Source of the DNA: Chrysomallon squamiferum
Taxonomy: Eukaryota; Animalia; Mollusca
DNA length: 64,000 nucleotides
Reading direction: 5' to 3'
Assembly (NCBI GenBank): GCA_012295275.1
Contig: CM022670.1
Coordinates: 21,328,001-21,392,000, forward strand
Under the pieces are notes generated by a model. That model saw only the letters and a program-made list of their open reading frames with translations. It ran no database searches and was not told the origin of the DNA. Position numbers and translations under genes: made by a program. Positions 15,055-30,324 of this stretch are shown in pieces. Each line of letters starts with the position of its first letter. Position 1 is the first letter of the stretch.

Positions 15055-17838
15055 TTTGTTTGTTCACATACACAAACACACTAAACCATTAACGTACTGT
15101 ATATAACAATAATAATAATAATTACAGTGTTGGTAGTAGTAGTAGTAGTAGTAGTGGTAGTAATAATAGTAATGGTTCGAGTAAATCTAATTTATTTTTA
15201 TTATTTGAAATAAAATGCTGGGGGATTATTTTATCCATTTTGTTCTTTTGTCTTTTGTTTTTTGTTTTGATTTCTACGACATGAAAACTAAACTGTACAG
15301 AGGGAATATTTACTTTTAATGTGACATGTATGCCCTTATTTTTTTTTATTTTTTTTTTATAAAGTTTTTGACCCTTCTTTAATATATGCATAGGAGCATA
15401 ACAGAAGAAAAGAAAACGAAATAAAATGATCATATTCAACAGCAAGATTTAATTTTTATGTGCGATATGTATGCATTCTTTTGTCACTTTTGCATAATAG
15501 ACGGGCTTACTGCTGTAAAATAACGTTTGATTTCTGATCTAACTATCGCTTTAGTTGGTGCAGAGAGATGTCATTTTTCGAAAACAACATCATGCTTTTG
15601 GTCTGTGTATCTGGGTCAGATCATCTATTGATGCGAACGAAAAGAAAAAAACACAAGGCCGTTTTTTGTATGTTATGTTTTAAATATCAATAAATAATGG
15701 ATGAATTTATTACCTAACTCGATGATTCATGTGTGTTTTTATGTGTTTGTGTGTTCTTGAATTCACTGCCTCTGTATTAATTATACTGTATTTGTATATG
15801 TGACGTACGAGTTTGTAAATATCTGTACTGTGTGCATGCGTTTACAGCTGATCTTATACGTATCGATGTATTTCAATATTTGTTAGTGTTTCTGATCGTG
15901 TATAGGTGTGTATGTATATGTAAATGTTTTAGTGCAATGTGTGTAACGTACATGAATGTGTGCATGAGTATATGATATAAGTATTTCAGTGTTTGTTTGT
16001 ATGTGTTTCTGAGAATGTTTAGTCTTATGTAAATACAATATAAATTACACGTTGTTGTCGAATGATTCTAAATCCTGTTTTGCTTACAGTCACATAGCAT
16101 TTGGTTGTGGGATAGGCTTTTGTTAACACCTTCCTTCTAAGGGTCTTGTTGTTTCCTATTACGAACGAAAAATAACGTGCAGCCATCAATCACAATAGAA
16201 AAAAGAACGTAAGCTTGTGTAGAAATTTATGGAGATGAATTGTCCTTTGTTTATATCAAAAACTATTTTTGTGAATGACGGCAAATGAATATGAGATCTA
16301 GCCCACGTTTCTTATCATTTATTATCGTTTTTGTTGTTGTTACGGAGTAATGTGTGCTCTTGCCCACATGTTAAAAATATATATAGTATTATTTTCATTT
16401 ATTTTAACTTATTATATAATTATTTTTATTTTGTTTGTTCTTCTTATTCTGCTATAGCGTATGGATATCACACCTTTTTCTTCTCTTCTGCTTCTTCTTT
16501 TTCTTCTTCTTCTTTTTCTTCTTCTTCTATATTTTGTTGCTCTTCGTTTTGTGTTATGGCGATAAGATCAATCTAAGGCGAGTTCGTTTAGGATCCATAC
16601 ATTTAAAGGATAAAACCACAGGCAGTCATTTATTTTGGGTCTTTCAAGCGATACAAAAACTGTAACATTATACTCCTACAACCGTTTCTTTTCAAAAACC
16701 CTATTTTTAAATATGCACCAGTTTTAACATTGTTTGTAAAACTTTTTGTACTGTGTACTGTAGCATAAAGTTAATTTGCTATATGTATTGTGAAGAAAAA
16801 ATTATTAATAATAAAATATATTAAAGACACGAAGAAGAAAAAAATTGTAATTTCTTCTATTTTCTTTAACATTCAATTCTGCAAAGCCTGGCAAGCACAC
16901 ACCCAGAATACATATATAAAGATACATACAAACACCCAACATTCACGAAAGAAAGTGGACCTGTTCACATTCAAACACGGTTAAGGAGTGCAAACGGGTT
17001 CATTAGCCTGAAATTATACACTGATAAAAACACTAATATACCAGTTGTTCTTGTTTAACCCTGTATTTTCTCCTGTCTTGCCCAAATTTAGGAGCCAGAT
17101 TGCCATATACCCCTAAGTGATTCGGCCGTGCACTCAAAGACGCATTTAGACATTGACAACACTAACAAATACACATACACAAATAGATAAGAATATAAAA
17201 AACAACAACAACAACACACACACACACTCAAGCAGGTTTATGCAGATATACCAAACAAAAACAACACTACAAGACAAGACCTCTCTATATCCAAATTGGA
17301 CTGCCCTGAACAGAAACCCTAAATAACAGAGACAAAATATTCCAGTGTAGAATGAATACAGCGACTGTTGTTATGTAAAAGGTCACAGTTGTCACGTCTG
17401 GAGAAGAGCAGATTTGTGTCTGGTTCACCTGCTGTGGAAAAAAAAAAGTAGAAGAAAGAAAGAAAGCATCTAGTTGGCTGGGGTGGAAGGATCACGATAT
17501 AAAATGAAGAAAGTATGCAAATATCACAGATTCATCAGAGCATATATTCTGTAATGAATATTTCACCCACCATGAAAATAGTTGTCAGTTGGATTAGCGA
17601 CAAAATTTAGGTTATTTAAAAATACAAATGTGTTCTGAAATATGTCAATAACCTCCAGCACCGCAAAATATTCTGGGTTAGGGTAGAGCTTATGTTTAAT
17701 GTAGTGGAACATGTTTTTGTCTGGTTGGCACACAGAGTCATACTGTTTGGATTTAATATTTTAACTATGGGCAATACTGATCCCTCGGCAGTTTTGAAAA
17801 GTGTTTACTAGACAAGGTATTGAACACAAGATATTTTA

Positions 17839-17909
<71 letters not shown>

Positions 17910-18156
17910 GTTTTCTTTATTTATTTACTTCATTCCTTATTTATTTAACTATTTTCTTCTTTCTATTTGCTTTTTTAAATACTGTTTATTCTTTTTTTTC
18001 CCCATTTTCCCCCATTTTTTTCTGTTTTTCTTCAATATTTCAAACATCTGTTTAACTGCTTAGAAAAATCGATGGAACACAACAGGTGAATTTCATCATA
18101 GTATATATACCACAGCCTTATATGAATTTATGTAAAAAAAACAAAAAACAAAAAAA

Positions 18157-18187
<31 letters not shown>

Positions 18188-20108
18188 AAAATAAAAATAA
18201 AAATAATGAAAAAGATAGGTCATTAAACTTTGAACGAAATAAAATTACTTTTGAAAAAAACTATAACAACTCGCCCACACGAAAAGCACAGACTGACGTG
18301 AAAATCAAGGAGGTAAATCTTTTATTAATTCTTCCTCCTGTTCAAAAGAGAGGAAATATACACCGTCGCCATAAAAACTTCCATAAAAATAATCTGAATT
18401 CTGAAATCTATACAACTCGTTTTAATGCATTTTTTTCTTCTTTGGATTTAATCTACTGTCATACAACAATTAATATACTGAATAGACTTTTGAAACCCAC
18501 CATGATGTGTTCAGCGGGTATCATACATGAATCATATTCGCCCTCAGTAATTTTCCATCTGTTCCGGTTATCGTTCTTACTGGTTTGCACCAAGATTTCA
18601 TCCCCAGCTAAGCCTTTCTGTGTTAAAGTGAAAATTATTACCCATCACCAGAATAGGCCATCAAACAGGGGAGATCTACATTACGGAACTTTCACAGGCT
18701 CTGTTTTGCAAGCCAACAGAAATAAGATGGTGTAATTAATTACTCATCTGAAATTTTTAGGATATACTTCAGACATCGACATGAAAGAATAGTTTGTTTA
18801 GCGTCGTTTTAACTAGGCCATACGAAAAGTGATGGTAGATTTCGGGTTAAATGTTTTCTATGAACCGACAGAGCTATGAAATTAATAGTTGAACGATGCA
18901 AATTAAGACATTTAATTTCAAATAAAACAGCTTTTTTCCTTCTTTCTCGTCCCCCTCACCCCTTCCCCTTTCGGAGTATTATTTTTCTTCAACGAGATGA
19001 ACTTTTATGAGTGAATAAACAACAAAATTAAAAAAAAAACAAAAAAACAATGAAATTCTGTTTACGTTGATGCATTTTAAAACGCGTGAATGCATTTCTG
19101 TGTGTATATATTAAGTAAAGAATATTCTGCTGTCTTAAGTACATCTGATTATACTGTGCACAGAGAAAGTATTCGGAAACACATTCACAAATCCCATCAG
19201 ATGCCGCTGACAAGACTCAGTTGGCGGATGACTGTACCGCTTGTATTATATGTAGCCAAACCAAGAAGTTATCATCATACAAACAAAAAAAAAAAAAAAA
19301 GAGAAAATTTCACAAAATCTGCTTTACAAGAATAAATTGAACAAAATAAAAATTCAGCTGTATAATGGATGTTTACATGCAGCCAGTACTTTCAGGTGCA
19401 TAGTTTTCTTCTGGACAGCTGAAAAAGAAAATAAATCCGTAACACAATTTTGAAAACTTTACTTGCGGGGTGTAGGTCAAAAGAAAGCCAAAAAAAAAAA
19501 TAATAATAATAATTAAAAAAAATACGCCACCGGTGGGAACGTTATGCTCCAGTAATCACTGCGCATACATCACCCCATTCCTGTTTGAGGGCTAAAATAA
19601 AATGTGATAACAGAAAAATAAAAAAAATAAATAATAATAATTAATAGTCAGTGAAATAGTGAGGATGTCTAACATAAGGAGAAACTGGTTCTGAATATGT
19701 TTAAACAACCAATAAAAACATAATGGATTTTTAATAACGGTCGTTTTATCAAAGCTCGATCATTCAGTGGCGCTTAATGTTGCTATCGGCAGCCAGGCTG
19801 GTACGCGCTGTCCCTTTTTGTTTGTTAGGCAGATACTCACTTGCATTCATTCCGTGTCAATATCCTCCAGCACCTCGAAAATATTTATACAGAGTACTAT
19901 ACAGAGACAGAAAGAAAGGATACACCGACTTTCAGTAATTTATACAGATATACAGATACATAGATAGATAGATAGATAGATAGATATAGATGGATAGATA
20001 GTTATACAGATAGATAGATAAATAGATAGATAAATTGATAGGTATGTACGTACTTATTGTATATTGTATATATATAAACTTTGTTTCATTCAACGCTTTT
20101 CTAAATTG

Positions 20109-20163
<55 letters not shown>

Positions 20164-20321
20164 CATTAAAAACCTGCTGACGTCAATTGAAAAATAGATG
20201 GGTCTCCAAGGTTAAAAACAAAATCGTACGTCATGTTACAAAAACAGCCCATCCCATTACAACAGACTGCTGAACTTCTAACCAATTTTTTTTTTTTTTT
20301 TAAATCTCTCTTTTTTTTTTT

Positions 20322-20388
<67 letters not shown>

Positions 20389-20613
20389 TTATCTATCTCT
20401 GTCTATCTCTATTTATTTATTTATTTATTATTATTTTATTATTATTATTATTATTCATTTATTTTATTTCATTTTATTTTACGTTTTTTGACGGGTGGGG
20501 GTTCCCTTTTTTTTTTCATTATTATATGTAAAATCATATTAAATTTTTTACATTATCGACAGTTTTTACATATTGCATTAGTACATTTTTTTAATTATTA
20601 TTATTACTTTCAG

Positions 20614-21093
20614 GAGGAGATAACTGAAAGGGGGAACTGGGGTACGAAGGCTGATTTCGTTCTGTCATGTATTGGCTATGCTGTGGGCTTGGGGAACGTT
20701 TGGCGTTTTCCATATCTAGCTTACACCGATGGCGGAGGTAAGTGCTAAAGAATTACTTCGTCTAAGGGATGCGACTCTGTTCTGAAAATGATGAAAGCGT
20801 GTGGGGTTTTTTTTTGTGGTTTTTTTTTTTTTTTTTGTTGTTTTTCTGAGGGAGATAACTCTGTTCAAAAACGATGAATATTTCTTTAGGCAAATAGGCT
20901 CTTTCTTATTTAAAGAACAAAAAAAAAAAAAAAAAAAAAAGAATGAAAGAAGAAAAGAAAATCTAATTAAAATGTATTCGTTCTTAATTAAATTCTAAAA
21001 TCTATTTATTTTATAATTAACGAATAAATTACGTTATGTTCCTTTTTTTTTTTTTTTTTTTTTAGATTACTGATTAAATTATATATGTTATGC

Positions 21094-21150
<57 letters not shown>

Positions 21151-21847
21151 GTTATTGTTGTTGTTGTTGTTGTTATATTTTTTCTTTATATTATTATTAG
21201 TTTTATGCATTTCTTCCAGCGACATTTCTCATCCCGTACATTGTCATGTTGGTTCTTGCTGGTCTGCCCATCTTCTACATGGAGTTAGCTCTGGGGCAGT
21301 TCGCGTCCGAAGGTCCTATCACTGTGTGGAAAGTCAGTCCCATATTCACAGGTATTATTCAACAGTCTTCTGACAGTTCCATGTCTGTTATTTCATATTT
21401 TCTTCCATCCACGTTCAGTTCGAGCTCATTAAAGACGCTGTCTTCACCAACTACTGTTAGGATGTTAGTATGTTATCGCTTCATAAACGATGTTTCAGTG
21501 AGATTCATTCTCGAGTCGTCATCACACAATTTCATTCACCCACGGCAAATTTTCATAAAACTAAACTGGATAATTTTTTCTTTACTTCTGGAAATATTAA
21601 TTTATAATTCATTGTGTTATCTATGCCGAAAATATAAATTAAAACCGTATTATTAAGTGTTTATTTCATTTTCTTTTTTTTTAAAAGCAAAAAAAAAGAA
21701 AGAAGTAATTTAGGCAGTTATGAGATATGCTGTTTATTGTGTGGCATTTTCATTCCCTTCTCTGGATGTCAAAGTATGCCTTTGTAAGGTGTGAATTTAA
21801 TTCAATTATTTATTTGACTTGCTGCAGCTGCTACTGCTTGTTGATTA

Positions 21848-21906
<59 letters not shown>

Positions 21907-22359
21907 TATTTCTGTTTAGGAATTGGCTTCGCCATGGTTTGGATCAGCGCCACGGTTTCCATTTACTATAACGTGATTATCACCTGGGCTATTTACTATA
22001 TGTTTGTTTCGTTTGTCTCCCTTGATGACAAGTTACCGTGGCAAACGTGTAACAATACATTCAACACCGAGAAATGCAGAATTGAACCGTACCCCGATGT
22101 TCTCAAAATGAACGAGTCCTTTGCTTTAAAAGCGATTTGGGGTAAGTGGCCTTCGTTTTTAATTTCATGATTAAGATAATAAATAAAAGAAGACTTGCAG
22201 AAAAATAGTTTTAAAAGAACCGAAGAAAACTTAGTACGATTCGATGCAACACGAAACCACGCTGACTATACATGCAGTACAATACATAATACAGTCAAAT
22301 ACAGAAAGTTAACTGTTATGCAAGCCAATGCAATACAATACAATACAAATACAAATACA

Positions 22360-22416
<57 letters not shown>

Positions 22417-23235
22417 CATAATCATAATCATAATAATGATAATGAATCACATTTTGAAACGACATAAAACAATACAATAGTTTAAAACGGAAGTATACTG
22501 TAAATGTAATACAACACGATACGAAAGTTTGTTATACAGTATAATACAATAATCATTATTTAACGATCTTTATTTATTTATATATTTTTTTTATTATTAT
22601 TATTTTTTTTTTTTTTAGAAACCTATTCAATCCATTTGTTTACCTGTTTAGTCATTAACTCATTCTGAAACTAACTTACTTCATATAATTCAGGTGAAAT
22701 GTTCCACAAAGATTGTATTGAGAAAATGATTAACAACAAGACTATAAATGTAACGATGCCGTTCGGCCTGACAAGTGTTGATCAGATCAACAGCACCATT
22801 TCCGTAGACGACACATTCGAAAACATGTTTCAGGGCTGTAAATTCCTCTACAAGACCTCTAGTGAAGAGTACTTCAAGTATGCCATATTGGAATAAATAC
22901 GTTTTATATAACCAGGATATTATTAGTGAATTGTGCATGTAACATTACAGTCAAATCTGACCATTGCTATATCACCCGTCGGTCACCTCCATCTTGAGAT
23001 TCGTTTTATGATTCAGTTTAATATGTCTTAACAGCCACTAACCTGTCTATTACAACCAAATGTCCGTTTTGGACAGGTTCGACTGTATTTTGTTATGCAG
23101 ATAAGCTAAATATTGTTAATCCTTCATTTATTTGTTTGTTTTGTTTTTGTAATAGTTTTATTAATTTTACATATCATTTTAAAATTTCTCTGCCTCTCGC
23201 TTTTTAACAAATGGAGAACTATTCGCGTATATGTA

Positions 23236-23288
<53 letters not shown>

Positions 23289-24190
23289 CTTCCTTCACAG
23301 CTTCTCACCAGTAATAAATACGTGATATATTTATGGGTACACTGCTTTTAACCGCTCCATATTCATCGGGTCGTCTCTCTTATTCATTCACAGCTGAAGC
23401 CACCTTTGTTCTACAATAAAGCCTATTATTATTGTTTTCAGTAACTTTGTGCTGAGGATGGACAAATCAGATGGTCTACATGATCCAGGAAGCATCAGTG
23501 TGAAAAATATCTTGACTCTCCTTGTTGCTTGGATTCTGATCTTTGCCTGTCTTATGAAAGGAGTGAAATCTTCAGGGAAAGTGAGTTATGTCCCTTGATG
23601 TTTTAACTGATAAAATATATATAATTTTAGTGTGAGTTTGTATGTGTACATGCGTGCATATTTGGTTACTTTGTGTGTACTTTCTTCTTTTTTAAATCCA
23701 TTTATTCGTTAAGTTATTTATTTATTAACCTTTTAATGTCTTTAAATCGTCATATGCAGTTTACGATAATATGCATTCTTTCATTCATTCATTTCGTTTC
23801 GTTTCATTCTTTGTTTAGTTTTATTATTTTTTAATTTTTAAAATTTTATTTATCTATTTATTTACTTTATTTACATATGTATACACATACATACACACAT
23901 ACATACACATACATACACACATACATACACACATATACCCATGCACACATGCAAACATAGAGACATACGTTACATACATACATAATTATATTTGATAATA
24001 TTTAATTATTTCAGGTCGTTTACTTCACAGCAACGTTCCCGTACATTGTTCTCGTGATTCTGTTGATAAGGGGAGTAACTCTGCCTGGATACATGAAGGG
24101 AATTGAATTTTACGTAATTCCCAAAATAGAAAAGCTGAAAGATTTTAATGTTAGTTGCTTTTTTAACTTATTTTCCTTTCTTTTATTTAG

Positions 24191-24227
<37 letters not shown>

Positions 24228-24898
24228 CCTCTGTTTTTGGGGGCGTTTGTGGGTTTGGAGAGCTGGTAATAAAATTTTATCTATTTATTATATATATATA
24301 TATAATATATTAAATATCTTTTGCATATCGACAGACTGATTAACTGATTCTCGATCCCGTCTTCTCTTTCAACAAACATTACGTTATTATAATATTAGTG
24401 AATATTCGTATAATTTAATGAATGTTTTTCTGAAAATATTTTTAAAAAAATTACACACTTAATTAATTAAATAAATACTATACTGTTTCCCTGTTGTTTT
24501 CAGGTCTGGGGTCACGCTGCTACTCAGATCTTCTACTCACTTGGACCAGGTTTCGGTGGTCTACTGACCATGTCTAGTTACAACAAATTCAAGAACAACT
24601 GCTACGTGTAAGTCATTTTAAATTATTACTTTTAAAACATTGCGCAAAATAATCTCATGAGTTAGTAAAAGAAATGCAAAATAAGATTTCTAATAATAAT
24701 AGTAATAATATTAATTAACTGTTAGAAAGAAAAAGACTTGAATTGTATTTAGAATGAGAAAATATATACTTTTAGAAAGGAAAATTATATCGTCTGCGAA
24801 TTGCAGCTTTCCGTTCCACTTTCTGGATACTTAGAATTTAATATTTAAGTTCTCCCAGATATTCTTTAAAAAATCATTTTATGTTAAAGATGATGATC

Positions 24899-24953
<55 letters not shown>

Positions 24954-25221
24954 AAACAACAATAATTAATAAATAAATAAATAAACTGATACAAAACGGA
25001 TATTAATTCTAAGGTTACAACAGTTGAAGTTATGGTAATATTTATTATTATTACAGCTGTTATTGTTTGTTGTTGTATTTGTTGTTGCCACTGTTGTTGT
25101 GGTGGTGGTAGTGGTGGTGCTGGTGTTGCTCTGCTTCTGTTGCTATTGTTTATTTTAGTGGGTTTTTGCTGTTGTTTTGGTTGTTATTAATTTATTTTGT
25201 TTTATTTTATTTTATTATCCT

Positions 25222-25272
<51 letters not shown>

Positions 25273-28200
25273 TCTTGTACATAGCTGATGTAAAATAATG
25301 TTTCATGTTTCGTGTGGTTTTTTTTTCAGAGACGCAGTTGTCGTCGCTGTAATTAACTGCAGCACAAGTATCTTTGCTGGCTTTGCCATTTTCTCTCTTC
25401 TGGGATTCATGGCGCATCAAACGAATCAGAAAATCAGCAACGTTGTGGACGAAGGTAAGTAAATTAAAAAGCAAGTCAGGGGATGATACTAGGTGTGTGA
25501 GGACTGGAGAGAAAGGATTTCACGGCGCTGGGAGATGGAATTAGGTTATAGAAACTGTCGCGCACAACGGAGGAATGATCTATGTACAGTGGAAAGGAGG
25601 AGTTTGGAGGAGCAAGTTAGGCTGCTGGAATGGTACAGGCTGAATATTGGTATAGGTGGATGATTGTTGGAGATTGAATGTTGACTTGTAGGTGCATGAT
25701 TGTTGGAGGTTGAATGTTGACTTGTAGGTGCATGATTGTTGGAGATTGAATATATCGCTGATAGGCGGATAAATGCCGGAGGTTTATGAAAGGCTAGAGG
25801 TTGAATGTCTAACATACAAGTGGATAAATGTTTAAGGATGTGAGAGTGGGTTAGAGGAGTGGAAAGGAGGATGTTAGTGGGTGTGAGATATGAATAACGG
25901 AATGGTGGATGTTAGAAATGTAAGGCACTGTTAGTTCAGAAGAATGAGTTTTGGATATTGAAATAGCAGAGGATGCATGAATAAGTTATCGACACGTTGA
26001 GGCTGAATGAAACAGCTATGGGTAATGGAATATGAAAACTGGATGAATATATTCCTCTTTTGTAAAAAGTGATTTCCTGTGTTATAGAAAAAAACAAAAC
26101 TTGCTGCTAATATATATTTTTAGAAAATTATTATTTGTCACAGTTCAGCTAGAAATGTGATAGACAGGTAATTAACATACATTATCAACATTTCATCATT
26201 ATCATCAGTATCATGAATATTATTATTTAAATTTAAAGGTACGGGATTAGCTTTCATAGCCTACCCAGAAGGCATTGCACAACTTCCTGCTGCGCCTGTT
26301 TTCTCATTCCTCTTCTTCTTCATGTTACTGACACTGGGCTTGGACAGTCAGGTAAATAAATTAATAAAGAAATAAAGAAATAGACAAATTATACTTATTT
26401 ACAAACATACACATACAATATTTAAAAAACAACAACAACAAAACTGAAAAAAAACCCAAACAAAACAACAAGCTAGCAACAATAAATTTGATTTTGTGAA
26501 TATATTTAATAACTGTATAATTATAGAGTTTCTACTATAAGCTCTTTATTCGTATTTACCTTTTAAAATTATTCTTATTTGTAAGCAGCAAAACAGTGAT
26601 ATTAAGCAGATGTCCATTTATATCATGTTATATTTTTTTGTCCAGTTCGCTATGATGGAGACTGTGATCAGTGCATTCTCAGACTTGTTTCCACGCGTTC
26701 TGAGAAAACGCAAAAGTCTGTTCACACTCTTCTGCTGTGTTATTGGCTTCATTCTAGGCATTCCACTGGTCACCGAGGTAAGACAGTCATATATGTGTAA
26801 GTGAAGTGGCATGCGTGTGTGCGTGCATGCGTGCGTGCGTGCGTTTACGTAGCTTAGTGTTAGCACGTAACTGTGAACCGCAGTTCAAGAAAATAGTGTG
26901 TGCAACTGTAACGTGCATATGTCTGTACGTGTGTGTAGGTACGTTTGTATATATATATATATGTATATAGATATGTATGTGTGTGTATATGTATATGTAT
27001 ATATATGTGTAGATGTATGTACGTTTATACGATGTGCAATGTGTAAAACTATCATGCATGATGCTCTATAAAATTAATAATAATAAATAAAAGAAATAAG
27101 GATTTTTTTTTCTTTTCTCATAGGGTGGCATATACGTGTTCAATTTGATGAACTCTTACACTGGCTCCTTCCAGCTTGTGTTAGTGGCACTGTGTGAAAT
27201 GGTTGCCATTAATTATGTTTATGGTAAGTATTGAATTTTTTCAATGTAAGACATATAATAAATGAAAAATGAAAAAAGAATTCTGTAAACGATAAATAAA
27301 CGTTCTGGAATTTAGTTACTTTATTATTAAAACATTTATATATGTGTGCGTGTATGTGTGCGTGTGTGTGCTTGTGTCTGTGCATTTGGATGTGTATATC
27401 TGTGTGTGTATGTGTACCCACATGTTTATATATGTGTGTGTTTGTCTGTGTGATTTTATATTGTACTGCCTTGCATTGTACTGCATGTTATTTCATTATG
27501 ACATATTGAATTATATTAAATAGTACTATATTGTACTGTATTATATTATCGCATCATATTATACTATTTGATATGACATATATCTACTTAAAATTTACAT
27601 AGTCTTTATAACAACATATGACAAGACATCAGGTGTGCAATTAAAAGAATGATATATATCCATTTTGATTTAACTGACTTTTACAGGCATCAACAACTTC
27701 TGTAAAGACATAGAGATGATGATTGGTTACCCTCCAAATATATACTGGAAGGCCATGTGGTTTGTCATCACTCCACTCGTTATCATAGTATGTGTTCTTT
27801 TTTTTTTTACACAACATTTATTACATTCTACTATGCAAATCAGTCAAGTAACCAATACGTTGCTAAGTAGGCGTTTTCCTACATTTGGTGTTACAAAGAA
27901 ATAGACTAAATATATATTTCATTCGCTTTTTGCCATCCTCTCTTAATTAATAATAATGTTCAACAGCATAAAAAATATGGGTTCTGATATTTCTCATATA
28001 AATCAAATGGCTGCATTCACGTCATTTGTAACACAATTATTTTATTATTAACAAAATAATAACTTGGAAATAAAATAATAAACATTTCATTTTTAAACAC
28101 TGTTTATTCATTCTACCATCGATACACTTTAAATATCTGTTTATTTTTATGAGTAAATATTTTCAGTAGTTTAATATATATTATCAATAATTTTATTATT

Positions 28201-28700
28201 ATTTTAAATATGCCTTATTTTCAAGTCAGTAAAATATATTTATAAAATATGCCATTATTATCTGCCATTATAAAACAAGACTGTTGTTATTTTTTTCAAA
28301 ATTATAAAATATATCTGTAAAATAAGCCATCGTTTTGAACTAAACAAAGGATACTAATAAAACATTGCCATTTATTATTGTACTATAAAATATTAAAATA
28401 TAACTATTAGTTTGTACATTATAATTATTTCAAACATGTCCTATTACGATCTAACAGATTTTCTTTCTTTCTCTAATTATCAGGTTATCATCATCTCGTC
28501 TGCACTTGGCTATAGGGGACTTAAGTACGGATCCTACACATACCCAGTGTGGGGCAATGCAATAGGCTGGCTGTTCGTTGCGATACCACTGGCCATGATT
28601 CTCGTGACAGCCATTTACAAAGTGTGCAGAATGGGACTGGTACGCAACATCAGCGATTAACTTTATACTTTTTACATTAAGCAAAAACATTAATTTTATA

Positions 28701-28731
<31 letters not shown>

Positions 28732-29054
28732 ATATGTCTGTTTAATTGTTATTATTTATTTATTATACAGAAATTCACGTATAACATGTATAACATCATA
28801 AATACACAGTAATGATTGTACAGTATTTCTGTAATACTAACCTTTGAACAAATGTTGTTTATTTGCAGAAGGACGCTTTGGGACCCTCGCCCGACTGGGG
28901 ACCCGCAATGCTCGAAGACCGGATTGGCAGATATGCTGCAGTTAACCAGGGATTCCAAAACGATGCTGGTGATTTGCCATTTACAGAGAAAAACGGCAAA
29001 GAAGCAATAGGCCTAGAAGACGTAAAACCACACTATGTATCAGAAAAACTTTAA
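20614..29054 (+). CDS. SLC6-A: Na+/Cl- dependent neurotransmitter/amino-acid transporter (PROT/GlyT/ATB0,+-like), about 655 aa with the 6474 exon
   Basis: Exons 20614-20737, 21220-21351, 21920-22141, 22694-22877, 23442-23580, 24015-24149, 24504-24607, 25330-25454, 26239-26351, 26646-26777, 27124-27223, 27687-27787, 28484-28639, 28869-29054; all GT-AG and phase-consistent. Motifs: [22 protein letters not shown] (Gly rather than Asp in TM1, i.e. amino-acid type), [37 protein letters not shown]. Confidence 0.95.
25651..25751. repeat. 36-bp minisatellite (about 2.8 copies) in a purine-rich intron
   Basis: Unit tgtaggtgcatgattgttggagattgaatgttgact starting at 25651, 25687 and 25723. Confidence 0.9.
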
Positions 29055-29269
29055 AAACAAAAACAAAAACAAAAATTATTACAAAAAAATGTCTGGAGAT
29101 TGTTTTCTGCACAATAATTATAGCAATGTTGTTGTTTTTTGTAGAAGATAAAATATGTACATTATTTTTTTATAACATATTTATAATGACTTTGAAAAAC
29201 GACATGTAATTTTATTGCAAAACTTTGATTTTTGTTTACATAAACAGCAAGTTAGCCTGACAAAAATAA

Positions 29270-30163
29270 GCACAAAAAAGTTGCAATGGATATTATTTTT
29301 ATTTCTATCTCTCTGCTATATTTTCTTCTTTGATGTTATAAAGCGTAATATTTAAATTATTTTGATTTCTATTTCTTTTTATCTGTGTTGCTGTTATTGT
29401 TATTATTATTATTATTATCGTTATATACATTATTCTTTTTTAAACTATATCGTCGTGGGCAATCTAGTGACAGGTCGAGATATGTTTACAGGAGAGGGCC
29501 TGAACAAACATATTTGTTTGTGAACGATTCATGTTACATTACCTACTACAAACGGCTGAGGGTGGATTATGAGTCCTTCAGTGCCTCCCTACGGCATTAA
29601 GTTCTAAACTGTCTCTCAAACACAGCCTGGTAGATTAATGAACAGTTAATACCAATGTCCTAGCGACTTACTTTGAATTTTTAGTTTTATTATAAAATTT
29701 GTGCCGTTTCTCACTGTCTTTTGTAGTGTAGACTATATTATTATTACTATCATTATATTTACCTCTTTTATATTATTTTTAATGTTGACTATGTATGTAG
29801 AGAACACTGTTTAAAACGACACTAGGCCACGAATAAAACTTGTCCAGCTGCAGGTGCGGGTATACTTTAGATGAGAAGCCCTTTGTTACAAACACCCAGT
29901 TGAAAACTTTTGTTATATCAGAAACTATTCTCTGTCAGAAAATTAAAATCATTCTCAGGCAGTGCCAGGGTCAAGTGATTTAAAACCAGCTCTAGACAGA
30001 CTGACATGCCGTATATTTCATATAATTTTTAATTCCGTTTTGTACTACGAAATGACAGATGAAAGGGTAATATATTTTTGTTATCACGAAATAAGTCTTT
30101 TGCAAGTTTTTGTTAATTATTTCATTTATGTAATTATGTATTTATTTATTGATTGATTTCATC

Positions 30164-30195
<32 letters not shown>

Positions 30196-30293
30196 GTGTT
30201 TTTTTTTGTTTTTTTTTTTTTTCTGGAGGGATGGTTGGATTTTATTATTTACCGTATAGCAACTGTTGACAAGTACATATTTCCGGTTATTTC

Positions 30294-30324
<31 letters not shown>

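Noticed and set aside
18298-18735. 145-aa ORF, and a possible micro-exon TDVKIKE ending at GAG|GTAAAT
   Set aside because: No recognisable motif, a GTG start and no polypyrimidine tract.
25651-25751. 36-bp repeats superficially CRISPR-sized
   Set aside because: They are head-to-tail with no spacers, in a eukaryotic intron: a minisatellite.
20614-29054. Naming either SLC6 gene as a monoamine, GABA or specific glycine transporter ortholog
   Set aside because: The TM1 Gly excludes monoamine transporters, and TM6 GFG differs from the GlyT AWG motif. Orthology needs a phylogeny, so no symbol is given.
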